DNA from: Candidatus Poribacteria bacterium | GTDB taxonomy: Bacteria; Poribacteria; WGA-4E; PCPOR2b | Reading direction: 5' to 3' | Assembly (NCBI GenBank): GCA_965218095.1 | Contig: OZ244587.1 | Coordinates: forward strand, 1,568,001-1,632,000 | Length of the DNA: 64,000 nt | Shown here: positions 49,773 through 59,817 of the stretch, one piece after another | Numbering within the stretch: the stretch's first letter is position 1 | How the letters are laid out: each line of letters starts with the position of its first letter | Translations under genes and position numbers: made by a program | Notes under the pieces: generated by a model | What the model saw: the letters and a program-made list of their open reading frames with translations, nothing else | Told to the model about the DNA's origin: nothing | Database searches by the model: none

Positions 49773-50840
49773 ATGAACTCCAACGAAATCAGCACGGTCG
49801 TCTGCCCTGCATCGCTCGAAACCTGTCGAATGGTTGAAGCGGCGATTCTGCCGTTTGATGACGGGCGGCTTTATCTCGCTTACAGCGCCGGTGAGCGCGC
49901 CAGCTTTGCGGATGGCGAGATACGTATCATGGGAAGGTGGTCACATGACGAAGGTGAATCGTGGTCGAAGCCGTTCCTCATTCGGGAGTGCGCCGGCAAA
50001 CCCAACGTCATGGAACCCTCGTTCCTGCGCTTACTCTCCGGACGGATCCTTCAGGCTTATATGCGGAGGGACGGCTATCTTCCGGACGGTGAGTTCTTCG
50101 GTGACCTGTATCCCATGATCACCTGCTCGGACGATGAATGTAAGACCTGGTCGGAGCCGAGGCGCATTACCGGGGGCGAGAACATCTATTTCTCTACGAA
50201 TGATCGCCTCGTGTCCCTGGGCATGGGCCGAATCATCCTTCCGGTGCTCACCGCCCCAGCAATGACTAGTGTTCGTGCGTGGCTCACCGATGACGAAGGA
50301 ATGACCTGGCGAGCAGGCGCCGGGTCTATTCAAGCGGCCGACGGGGTGACTTATGGCTATCCGATGGCTGCAGAACTGGCCGACGGCACTGTTGCCATGT
50401 TCCTTGTGAACTCCACCAGCAGCATCCACGTCGCCCACAGCAGCGATGGCGGCGATACATGGACTCTTGTCAGCGAATCGGGTCCGGTGCCGTGTCCGGC
50501 GCCTGTCATGGTTCGCCGAATTCCGGACTCGCCCGACCTTCTGCTCATCTGGGACAATCACACCCAGCGTACCAACCTCACGGCGGCCGTCAGCCGCGAC
50601 AACGGTCAGACCTGGACAAACTACCGGTTGCTCGAGGAGCAGGAAGGCTGGCCTGTCCTTCGGCCCCATGCGTATCCGAGCCTGGCCTTCATGAATGGTT
50701 ACGCGCACATGACCTGGTACGAGTGCCACTCACACCCGGAGACAGGTAGCATGTTTGACCTCATCTACCGACGGCTTCCGATTTCGTGGTTTTACGAGCA
50801 GCGCGTTCGCCGCTCGCCCTGGCGGACAACAAACGAGTGA
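49773..50840 (+). CDS. BNR/Asp-box exo-alpha-sialidase-like protein
   Basis: SHDEGESW, SDDECKTW, TDDEGMTW, SSDGGDTW, SRDNGQTW, AYPS. Confidence 0.87.
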   Translation: MNSNEISTVVCPASLETCRMVEAAILPFDDGRLYLAYSAGERASFADGEIRIMGRWSHDEGESWSKPFLIRECAGKPNVMEPSFLRLLSGRILQAYMRRDGYLPDGEFFGDLYPMITCSDDECKTWSEPRRITGGENIYFSTNDRLVSLGMGRIILPVLTAPAMTSVRAWLTDDEGMTWRAGAGSIQAADGVTYGYPMAAELADGTVAMFLVNSTSSIHVAHSSDGGDTWTLVSESGPVPCPAPVMVRRIPDSPDLLLIWDNHTQRTNLTAAVSRDNGQTWTNYRLLEEQEGWPVLRPHAYPSLAFMNGYAHMTWYECHSHPETGSMFDLIYRRLPISWFYEQRVRRSPWRTTNE

Positions 50841-51101
50841 CAACGGCGTGAGAATGGCGAGGCTCGCGAAAACAGGATTTGGACAGTGGGGCCCCGCTGT
50901 TGATCAGATTGACGACCTGCTTCTCATGTGAAGGGCTAGCAGCCGTAGTTGAGGCTGAAAAATTGCGTAAAACCGATGGCTAAAAACAAAATTCCGTCTA
51001 ATTACAAGTTTGGAGGCTGTCACATGCAACGTACAGTTTTCGTCCTAGCCTTTATTCTCAGTTCACACTTGCTGTCTCGAACTTAGGAGGAGGAACATAG
51101 G

Positions 51102-51663
51102 ATGAGTCGCCTTTTCGGCCCGATGCGACAAATCGCGTTCGTGGTTCGTGACCTCGACGTCGCGTTACGATACTGGACGGAGGTTCTGGGTGTTGGCCCA
51201 TTCTTCGTCTTGCCGAATTTCTCGCCCGAGAACTACCACTACTGCGGAAACCCATCTCCCCCACCGGTACTAAGCATTGCGCTCGGTAATTCTGGCGACG
51301 TGCAGGTGGAACTAATCCATCAGCACGATGACCGTCCTAGTGCGTATCGAGACTTCCTGGAGGCGGGTCAGGAAGGGTTCCAGCATATGTCGGCATGGCT
51401 GAACCCTGACGACTATGACGCGGCTGCTCGCGGCTAGCGTACCCGTGGCGCACGAGGGAAGGATTCCCGGTCGTGGCGTACGCTTTGCCTATTTCGCAAC
51501 TGATGTTCCCGGTAGCCTCATGTACGAAATTGCAGATCTGATCCAGCCGGAGACCTACCCGCTCCATCAAATGATTGCAGAGGCCACACGGCAATGGGAC
51601 GGCTCAGATCCGGTACGGGAACTCCGAAATCTAGCAATGACGAAGCAATACGATGAAGCTTAA
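51102..51663 (+). pseudogene. VOC/glyoxalase family protein, frameshifted near 51430
   Basis: QIAFVVRDLD.A..YW...LGVGPF, QVELI, GFQH; C-terminus RFAYF...YEIA...WDGSDPVR in another frame. Confidence 0.8.
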
Positions 51664-51723
51664 CCAGCGGTTGGAGCCGACCACATGACGTTAGACCGCC
51701 GTGGAATGGCAAAAGGGAAAACA

Positions 51724-52575
51724 ATGGATAACGCAGTACGCCGCAACTATCGCTACATCAAGGTGCGCCCGATCGCCGGTGCGCTCGGTGCCGAGATCCA
51801 AGGCGTGGATATCGCGCGGCTCCTGGAACCTGAAGTCGTTTCAGAGATCCGCCAGGCCTTCCTCGACTATCTGGCGATCTGCTTCCGCAACCAACAACTC
51901 ACCCCACAGGAGCAGCTCGCCTTCGCCCAGCACTTCGGCCAGCCAATGGAATACCCACAGATGAAGGGACTGCCCGAATGTCCGCTGATCACAGCGGTGA
52001 TCAAGCTGGAGCACGAGCGGGTGAACTTCGGCGGCGTCTGGCATTCTGACACCACGTATCTGGAGCGTCCACCGATGGCGAGCATGCTCTATGCGGTCGA
52101 GATTCCGCCCTACGGCGGCGACACCCTTTTCGCCAACCAGTACATGGCCTACCAGACCCTCTCGGAGGGTCTTAAGAAGACGCTCGACGGCCTGGTCGGC
52201 GTCAACACCTCGACGAAACCCGAGGTCGCCAGGACGCGGGAGGATCGCTTACGCGAGGCAGGCGCGGAACTGAAAGTGCTGGGTGCAACGCATCCTGTGG
52301 TTCGCACGCATCCGGAGACTGGGCGCAAGGCGCTTTACGTCAACACCGCCCACACGACGCACTTCGAGGGTTGGACAGAGCAGGAGAGCCGGTCTCTGCT
52401 CGATTACCTGTTCGAGCACCAAGTCAGGCCAGAGTTCACCTGCCGCTTTGGCTGGGGGCAAGGCTCGCTCACCTTCTGGGATAATCGCTGCGCCCAGCAC
52501 AACCCGGTGAATGACTATCAAGGATTCAGGCGCATAATGCATCGCGTCACGCTGGCCGGCGACAAGCCGTGCTAA
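51724..52575 (+). CDS. TauD/TfdA family Fe(II)/2-oxoglutarate dioxygenase
   Basis: LGAEIQGVD, WHSDT, GGDTLFAN, HPVVRTHPETGRKALYVN, WDNR..QH, R.MHRVT. Confidence 0.95.
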   Translation: MDNAVRRNYRYIKVRPIAGALGAEIQGVDIARLLEPEVVSEIRQAFLDYLAICFRNQQLTPQEQLAFAQHFGQPMEYPQMKGLPECPLITAVIKLEHERVNFGGVWHSDTTYLERPPMASMLYAVEIPPYGGDTLFANQYMAYQTLSEGLKKTLDGLVGVNTSTKPEVARTREDRLREAGAELKVLGATHPVVRTHPETGRKALYVNTAHTTHFEGWTEQESRSLLDYLFEHQVRPEFTCRFGWGQGSLTFWDNRCAQHNPVNDYQGFRRIMHRVTLAGDKPC

Positions 52576-52756
52576 GCACCGGTCAACATTGGGGGTACCG
52601 GACGATCAAGATGAGGGACACAGAGCAGAATCAACAAGTCGAAATGCGCCGATGGACAGAAGAAACAGGGAAACTAAATTATATCCTTGACTTTACGGGT
52701 AGAGAAGAACCAGATGGAAAATATTGGCTTAAGGAGACAATACTGCACTTACCATT

Positions 52757-52945
52757 CTAATCCTTACCCACAGATTTGCAACGCCTTGTGGGGCGTAGGT
52801 TTGCGCCCGACGATGAATCGTCAGGCTACAGGGCTGCGTTCGATGAATCGGACTTTTCGGATCGGCCGAAAGCCCGATTTATCGGGCGCCTGTACCTCTA
52901 GCTCGGCGCTTCATCGCCGAGTGAAAAGATGTGGGTAAAGATAAG
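52757..52945. mobile_element. IS50/IS4-like MITE, copy 2
   Basis: Near-identical to 41698-41887; flanks acttaccatt / acttaccacc. Confidence 0.85.
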
Positions 52946-53061
52946 ACTTACCACCTGGGAGCGTATCATGTACATCACACCATACTGGATGAGCTGTGGC
53001 GGAGTGACAGGCAAGGATGACTGCCAAATACTTGTTTCACAGGACAGCGGAGGGACAGCCT

Positions 53062-54651
53062 ATGCCGAAACCACGCATGATGTTTGAAAACGATTCGCGT
53101 CACACACTGATCTACATGTATGAGCCACCCATACAGCAGGAGGAGCACGAAGCGGCCGTAGATGAGTTGCTGGGAACGCCGATGGAGGCATTGGTGTTCA
53201 ACCTTGGATACGGAAACGCATTCCTTCACGCCACCAACGTTGGTGACCGGTGGGGGCCGGACGCAGCGGCCACAGAGCCGTTTCGCCCGGACAGAGGACG
53301 TCAGTGGGAGCATATCGTGTTCCAACGCGCTTATCGGAATGCCAAAAAGCTCATTGACGAAGGGAACGACCCACTGCGTATCATCTGTGATCGGGCGCGC
53401 GCCAATGGCTTGCTAGTGTACCCGTCCCTTCAGGTACAGGCAAGCGGCGACCAACACCTGAGCATTGGTGCCGGGGGCGATGTCCTTCCTAATTTTCCGG
53501 GGTTTGCAGGTGCTGACTTCAAGCACAAGGAAGTCCGGGACCAGCGGTTCGCCCTAATCGAGGAGGTGCTGATGAACTACTCCATCAACGGCTTTGAGCT
53601 CAACTTCAACCACTACGCCGGGAACCACTTCTTCCATCCCAATGAAGTCGAAGCCGGACGCAGAATTATGACGGACTGGATCGGCCGTGTCTACGATGCT
53701 GTCAAGCAGAACGACCCTGAAAGAGAGCTGGCCGTCCGTATCCCGACAAGCATAGCAGGCTGCCGGTCGGTTGGGCTAGATCCGGAGGAATGGGTCAGAC
53801 GGGGCCTCGTGGATGTCCTGATAGGTGAGAACTTCGGCCTGATGTCACTCGTGGACCCGACCGCCGATTTCCGTCCCCTGGTAGAGGCTGCCAAGGGCGC
53901 TGACTGCCGCGTCCATGCGGTTATCCGGAATAATGTGGACTCGGACCGATTAGGAACGGCGCCGATCGAAATGATCCGCGGAACAGCTTGCAATTACTGG
54001 GCACAAGGCGTTGATGGGCTGTGTCTCGTTCATTGGTACGGAAACTGGCCTTACGGTCCATCATTCTATGAGCAACTCCGCGAACTGCCGTATCCGCAAG
54101 TCATGGCAGTTAAGGACAAGTTCTACTCTATCCCAACCCCACCTGGACGCCACATCGAACAGCCGATAATGGAACCAGGACTGACGATGCAGCTTCCAGT
54201 CGACCTAGAGAAAGACAAACCCGTTCAACTGAATCTTCCCATCAGCGATGACCTTCCCCGGTGGGACCAGGTGGGCCGGGTACACGAGGTGCTCCTTCGC
54301 ATCCGCGTGATGCGCGCAACCGAGCGAGACAGCTTCAGCTTCAAGCTGAATGGAAGCGAACTACCCACCAAGCTCATGCGAAAGATCAATCACGTGTACA
54401 TGATGAACGCGCCACGCTACCGGTTGCACTCCAGCTACTGGTTCATCTTTAAGCTGGATAGCAACCACCGGCCCAACAATGGAGATAACACCGTGACGGT
54501 AACATTGCACGGCCGAGACCCGGAGGCAACCCCACGAATCTTCGTCCGGGATGTGGAACTGGAGCTCAAGTACCTTCGAGGCAAGAGCTACTATCGAGGT
54601 CTCCACAACACCGACCCGGACTTAGGGCCACATGAGCACACGGGGATGTGA
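53062..54651 (+). CDS. GHL10-like protein
   Basis: MFENDSRH, DPLRIICDRA, YSINGFELNF, WVRRGLVDVLI, GVDGL; paralog of 24955-26409. Confidence 0.75.
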   Translation: MPKPRMMFENDSRHTLIYMYEPPIQQEEHEAAVDELLGTPMEALVFNLGYGNAFLHATNVGDRWGPDAAATEPFRPDRGRQWEHIVFQRAYRNAKKLIDEGNDPLRIICDRARANGLLVYPSLQVQASGDQHLSIGAGGDVLPNFPGFAGADFKHKEVRDQRFALIEEVLMNYSINGFELNFNHYAGNHFFHPNEVEAGRRIMTDWIGRVYDAVKQNDPERELAVRIPTSIAGCRSVGLDPEEWVRRGLVDVLIGENFGLMSLVDPTADFRPLVEAAKGADCRVHAVIRNNVDSDRLGTAPIEMIRGTACNYWAQGVDGLCLVHWYGNWPYGPSFYEQLRELPYPQVMAVKDKFYSIPTPPGRHIEQPIMEPGLTMQLPVDLEKDKPVQLNLPISDDLPRWDQVGRVHEVLLRIRVMRATERDSFSFKLNGSELPTKLMRKINHVYMMNAPRYRLHSSYWFIFKLDSNHRPNNGDNTVTVTLHGRDPEATPRIFVRDVELELKYLRGKSYYRGLHNTDPDLGPHEHTGM

Positions 54652-54794
54652 ACACGGGCAGTGACATACACAACCTGTCAGTCAGAAAAATTGACGATTG
54701 ATGCGTAAAAATGCGACACTAATGGCGTTTTCACGTAATGGGATTCTTTGAGAAGCGATGGCTGACCAGCCTGACGACAGAAAGGAGAGAAAAC

Positions 54795-54989
54795 GTGGAG
54801 ATAAAAGTTCACAATAATAACGTCGAAAAAGCACTTAGAGACTTGAAACGAAAACTCCAGAGGGACGGTTTTATCAAAGAACTCAGGAACAGACGTTTCT
54901 ATGAAAAACCTTCCGAAAAAAGGAATCGAAAACAAAAAGAAGCAAAAAGGAAAAGGGCAAAAACTCGGAGATTTGAACGTTTGCGGTGA
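54795..54989 (+). CDS. rpsU: 30S ribosomal protein bS21
   Basis: RBS AAAGGAG, GTG start; NNVEKALRDLKRKLQRDG.IKELR.RRFYEKPSEKR. Confidence 0.93.
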   Translation: MEIKVHNNNVEKALRDLKRKLQRDGFIKELRNRRFYEKPSEKRNRKQKEAKRKRAKTRRFERLR

Positions 54990-55102
54990 GTTTTTGTACG
55001 AATGGGGTCACTTCACATTGGCGCTCTTAAGGTCGGTGTAAAGCGTCTGTTTTGAGATACGCATTAGGGGGTATCTGACCAGATTTAGTGGAAGGTTCAA
55101 TC

Positions 55103-55981
55103 ATGTCCACTATCAAGCTCTCAAATCAGCACATTGCGGACCTTAACCGTCGCAGACGGACCGTGGTCAACTACGATAGCCAGTGCCATGCGCCTCCGTT
55201 CATCTGCGAGGGCGTGGAGCCTCAACAGCTCGTCGAGTTTTCGTTCAGCCTAATCGACACCGGCGAGCACGGCATTGATGCCATGTGGTGGTGTTTTGGC
55301 CCGGGGGACGAGGCAGCCTATCCGAGCAAGGTATTGCCCACTTACAAAGCAGCGAAATATAAAAAATGGATCGAAGCGGGCGTCGACATCGTGCGCCTCT
55401 ACATCGAACAGACCCAAAAACGTGGGCTGGAGGTGTTTATCTCTTGGCACATGAACGGGGGGCCCGCCTCCGCCCTGTGGACAAACAAGTTTATCGTAGA
55501 CTACCCGATAGCCGGCGATCTGGACCGAGATGAGATGGAGCCACAAAAGAAAGCCCATCCCGACTGACTTATGGAGGTCTAGCAGGGGATGCACTTTTGG
55601 AACTACGCCGTACCGGGCGCACACAAATACCGGTTGCGTTGTCTTCGAGAGGTGGCGGAAAACTATGATCTGGATGGGTTCGAGTTGGACTTTTGTCGAG
55701 GGATTCCCTTTCTACCCGTGGGCCACCAATGGGAGAACCGCGACCGACTGACGGACTTCGTTCGCTCCGTGCGCTTTATGTTGCTGGAGCTCGAGGAGAA
55801 ACGCGGTCGGCCGTTGTTGCTGGCAGCGAGGGTGCCGGACCATGTGGAAGGGGCCAAGATAGATGGCCTCGATCTGGAAACGTGGGCGCGAGAACACTTG
55901 GGCGACATCTTTGTCCCCGGTGCCCAATCGCTCGACAACGACGTGGCAAGCTTCCGCCAGCAGATAATGAAGAAGACCTGA
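55103..55981 (+). pseudogene. GHL10-like protein with two stops, truncated
   Basis: HPD*LMEV*QGMHFWNYA; YDLDGFELDFCR; TGA 55565-55567, TAG 55580-55582. Confidence 0.8.
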
Positions 55982-56026
55982 ATCAGGTAGACGCTCTCAA
56001 CAGATGTTGGTAAAGACGGTGCGACG

Positions 56027-56817
56027 ATGCGTCTTATCCCCGACGATGCGTTTGCGATGGGCGAGCATCCCAACGAAAGCGACAGCGACGACAAACCCGT
56101 CCACACCATCTTCCTTGATGCGTTCTACATTGATGTGTATGAAGTGACCGGCACAATGTACGCAAAGTTCCTCAACTCCGTTGGGCGGCATGTAGGGGAT
56201 GGCGGGGAGGCATGGTTAGACATAGGCGACGTCAATACGCTGATTGAATTGGTTGGCGGCCGGTACCGTCCGAAGGCGGGGTTTGAAGATCATCCTGTGA
56301 TTAGAGTGAGTTGGTACGGTTCAGCGGCCTACGCCCAATGGGCCGGCAAACGTCTCCCCACGGAAGCGGAGTGGGAGAAATCCGCCCGCGGCGGCCTGGT
56401 TGGAAAGCGTTACCCGTGGGGCGATGAAATCTCTCATGACGACGCCAATTATTTAGGCGCTGGGGGCGCAATAAATGGGGACGAAGTTCCCCTGTCGGTA
56501 GCTTTCCACCCAACGGATATGGCCTGTACGACATGACGGGGAACATCTGGGAGTGGTGCATGGACGAATACGATCCTGGCTTTTATGCCAGCAGTCCGAA
56601 AAAGAATCCGGTGGCAGGCGGCTTAATATCTTTCGTGAATAATAATCTTACAAATGCCAAAACTGTTCGCGTCCTTCGCGGTGGGTTGTGGTACAACGAT
56701 CCGAACATCCTCCGCGTAGCGAACCGCGGATGCCTCGAACCAGCGTTCATGTTCTTCGACTACGGTTTTCGTTGCACCGTGCGCTCTGAAGAGATTTCAG
56801 ACAATGGAGAAATATGA
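56027..56817 (+). pseudogene. Formylglycine-generating enzyme (SUMF1/FGE-sulfatase) domain, frameshifted
   Basis: FYIDVYEVT, HPVIRVSW, KRLPTEAEWEK; next frame [25 protein letters not shown]. Confidence 0.85.
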
Positions 56818-57033
56818 GTTTAATTCTCACCCGCAGCGAAAGTTGTAATCATTGATACCCCCCGTCAATATCAATGAATGGGGCGCCTGTCCCCATGTGT
56901 TTTACCTCAACTGCGGTATTGGAAACGATGCGGTGGTACAGGTTTAACAAGGTTGAATATAGATTTTGATGAGGAATCGAATCATTGGAATCTCCATCTT
57001 GCTGAGAATTAGGATCAAGGAGGAGTGGTGCTT

Positions 57034-57765
57034 ATGCTTACACCTGACGAAAAGCAATTCTACGACGAGAACGGTTATATTCTGAAGCAAGGACTTGTCT
57101 CGTTTGAGGAGATAGAAAAGATCCGAGAGGAAATCAACAACATCCACAACCGCATGGCAAAACAACCGATTGAGGGGGTCGAAGTCTCGTGGGAGGAATT
57201 CGATGACCCAAACACGCCGCCGCGGATCAAGCAACTGATGCGAAGCGACCTGGTCAGTCCGACCCTGAACAAAATCTTGCGCTCTGATGCAATGCTGGAT
57301 ATTCTCGAACAACTGATTGGGCCCGACATTTCATTGTTTCACACCAAGCTGCTCCCCAAAGACGCCAAAGACGGCACGGCGATTCCCTGGCATCAGGATT
57401 ATGCCTACTGGAATCAGGACGATAACCGCCCGCTGATGGTGAACTGCCAATTGGCAATTGACGCAACAACACGGGAAAATGGATGCATACAGTTTGTCCC
57501 TGGCAGTCACAAATGGGGGTTGCAGGAGCACGAGTGGGGACAACAGAAGTTTCGCCTGTTTCTGCCGGGACACTACTATGAACGTGATGATGCGGTCACA
57601 GTGGAGATGGAGACGGGTGATGGCGTTTTTTTCAATGCGCTGATTATTCATGGCTCTGCTGCCAACACATCAACGCGCTCCCGACGGATGAATACCCTCG
57701 CTTATAATGTCACGGGCAACGGCGTGACTCAGTGTCGGGAGGCGCTTCGGGGCAAACCGCTCTGA
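57034..57765 (+). CDS. PhyH family dioxygenase
   Basis: FYDENGY, PWHQD, ENGCIQFVPGSH, IHGS.AN.S..SRR. Confidence 0.92.
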   Translation: MLTPDEKQFYDENGYILKQGLVSFEEIEKIREEINNIHNRMAKQPIEGVEVSWEEFDDPNTPPRIKQLMRSDLVSPTLNKILRSDAMLDILEQLIGPDISLFHTKLLPKDAKDGTAIPWHQDYAYWNQDDNRPLMVNCQLAIDATTRENGCIQFVPGSHKWGLQEHEWGQQKFRLFLPGHYYERDDAVTVEMETGDGVFFNALIIHGSAANTSTRSRRMNTLAYNVTGNGVTQCREALRGKPL

Positions 57766-57880
57766 AGCGTTCAGCCGCGAAGGATTGGGGCATTCGAGCC
57801 TTGAAGTGTTCAGGTCTTGGAGTGATGGTGTATTGGGTATTGCTGTGCCCTGCCGTATGATCCTAGACGCCGTCTGGCGA

Positions 57881-57909
57881 AATGCGCAATGAATTGCGCT
57901 ACTACGAAC
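57881..57909. repeat. REP-like palindrome
   Basis: gcgcaatgaattgcgc followed by tactacgaac. Confidence 0.6.
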
Positions 57910-58402
57910 TAAACTAGCACCAAAAGTCGTAATATATGGCAGATTGAAAGCAATCCTCAAAAAGGAAGGGCTTTGAAATGAAATCAACGGTCAGAAAATT
58001 AACCATAGGGACTGCACTATCAACCGACATCAGTTCTGTTAATCTGCCCTTGTCCGATTTTGATGGAATGAAAATACGAATCGGTTATCGGACATGAATT
58101 ATCCTGAATTTCACTTTAGTGACACGGATGTAGCGCGGATTTGAGATTTTAGTCTTACATAAGGCACAAACGGTGATTATTGATATATTGTCGTAATGTG
58201 AGATATCCATGAGCCGGCAAGGTGTCTGCGGCTGGCCAAGGACCGAGTCTCGCATAACTACGAGATGGTGCCGATCTGCTAGGCTTCGGGTCATCCGAAC
58301 TCCTGTTTCCGATGCGACCGGCTATAAACACCTGTCATTGCCACACATAGAGCGGAGAAGATTTGAGGAGCCTCTGAATCATCCGAATAGAAAGGTCTAC
58401 AT

Positions 58403-59422
58403 ATGAAAGTGAATTGGGTTAGAAAGGTCTATGCTAACGGTAGAGGTTGGCACGTCGGGAGTATGGTCAAGTGGAAAGGCGCCTACTACATTTGTTTCGT
58501 TGATGGCACCGGCCACGGGACTGAGGACTCCCAAATCAGGATAAGTGGCTCAATCGACCTGGAGAATTGGACATCTCAAATTGCAATTGGAAAGACAAGT
58601 ATCGACCCGCAGCTTCTACCTATTGGAGATGAGCTCTTCCTCTATGCGGTAACACTTGATTATGCGGTAACACTTGATCAGAAAACAGAATCTGATTTCG
58701 GGTTTCCATCATGGGAAGTAGTTGCATCAACAGAAGATGGGATGACCTGGACTAAACCGAAAAGATGCTTCTCGATGAACCATGACTTTTGGCACCCAAC
58801 AGCATATGGAGGCCGCTATTATGTGGCATGTGATAATGCTGGGCATGTGCCAACAGGCATTCATGCTAAGGTTGACCTTCTCACTTCAGAGGATGGTGAG
58901 CGGTGGAGTTGGGTCTCAGAAATAGTCCATGGGACTGAGGAACCTGAGCATTATGATATAGAGAGATCACGCTATTTTGGCACGCCGATGCCAAGTGAAA
59001 CAGCACTCTGCTTCTTTGACGACGGCCGCGTGTTAGCAGTCACACGGGCAAGGGGATGTTGTGCTTTGTTTTCCACTTCAGACCCACCCTATGAAAGGTG
59101 GGAGTATCACCTCTCTGAAACCTCACGTTGCTACGGCGCTACAATAGCAAAAGTTGGTGCTCATATCGTGGTGACCGGCCGATACTTCCAGGATGAAGCT
59201 GACGCTTCACTAGAAGTTGATGGCGCAGCGACCGGAGTCCACCTGTACGAGGATGGAGATATTAGGCTGCAAACGCTGCTCCCTAGCGGAAAAGACACAG
59301 GTTACGCCGGGATTCTCCCACTCAGTGATAACGAAGCTCTCATTGCTTATTACTCAAGCCATGAATATCCCGAATCAACCGGTTCCAACGTCTACCTCGC
59401 CTCAGTATCCCTTGAAGCTTGA
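58403..59422 (+). CDS. BNR/beta-propeller (sialidase-like) protein
   Basis: SIDLENW, TEDGMTW, SEDGERW, LPSGKDTGYAG, YYSSHE; in-frame 18-bp duplication YAVTLD x2 at 58643-58678. Confidence 0.75.
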   Translation: MKVNWVRKVYANGRGWHVGSMVKWKGAYYICFVDGTGHGTEDSQIRISGSIDLENWTSQIAIGKTSIDPQLLPIGDELFLYAVTLDYAVTLDQKTESDFGFPSWEVVASTEDGMTWTKPKRCFSMNHDFWHPTAYGGRYYVACDNAGHVPTGIHAKVDLLTSEDGERWSWVSEIVHGTEEPEHYDIERSRYFGTPMPSETALCFFDDGRVLAVTRARGCCALFSTSDPPYERWEYHLSETSRCYGATIAKVGAHIVVTGRYFQDEADASLEVDGAATGVHLYEDGDIRLQTLLPSGKDTGYAGILPLSDNEALIAYYSSHEYPESTGSNVYLASVSLEA

Positions 59423-59817
59423 AGCCCTATCAGCCCTTGGACGATACGCACATGGCCGACTCGACACCCGCACGAAGGGGATTGCGTCTTAACAGAAGCA
59501 CTGGTCAAAACCCCATCCCGTTTCTTGATATTTGTACATTCTTGGTATGTATATAAAAAAACAGTGACGGCAAAAGGATGGTACAAACCTCGTCATCCGT
59601 GAAGCGAATTAGAGTGATCAGATGCTCGCAAGGGACAGATTCTCGCCCGAACATCTTCGGATCGTCATGGACGGCGAGGTCGTCATTGCGCCGCTCGACA
59701 ACAGGGGCTACGCCAACAACATGATCATCGGTCCAGACGGCGCGATCTGGCTGATGATGCGAAGGCTATTTACCAAAGTCAAAGAGCTAATCGCCTTAAA
59801 AAGAGAGGATGAGAGAA

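Noticed and set aside
55565-55567. TGA in the GHL10-like gene as selenocysteine
   Set aside because: The HPD* context suggests Trp; a TAG follows five codons later and the gene is truncated.
58209-58345. Possible rod-shaped ncRNA or riboswitch (ggcaa-ggtgt...acacct..ttgcc)
   Set aside because: Pairing is imperfect, I recognise no family motif, and one frame reads like a coding remnant; needs cmscan.
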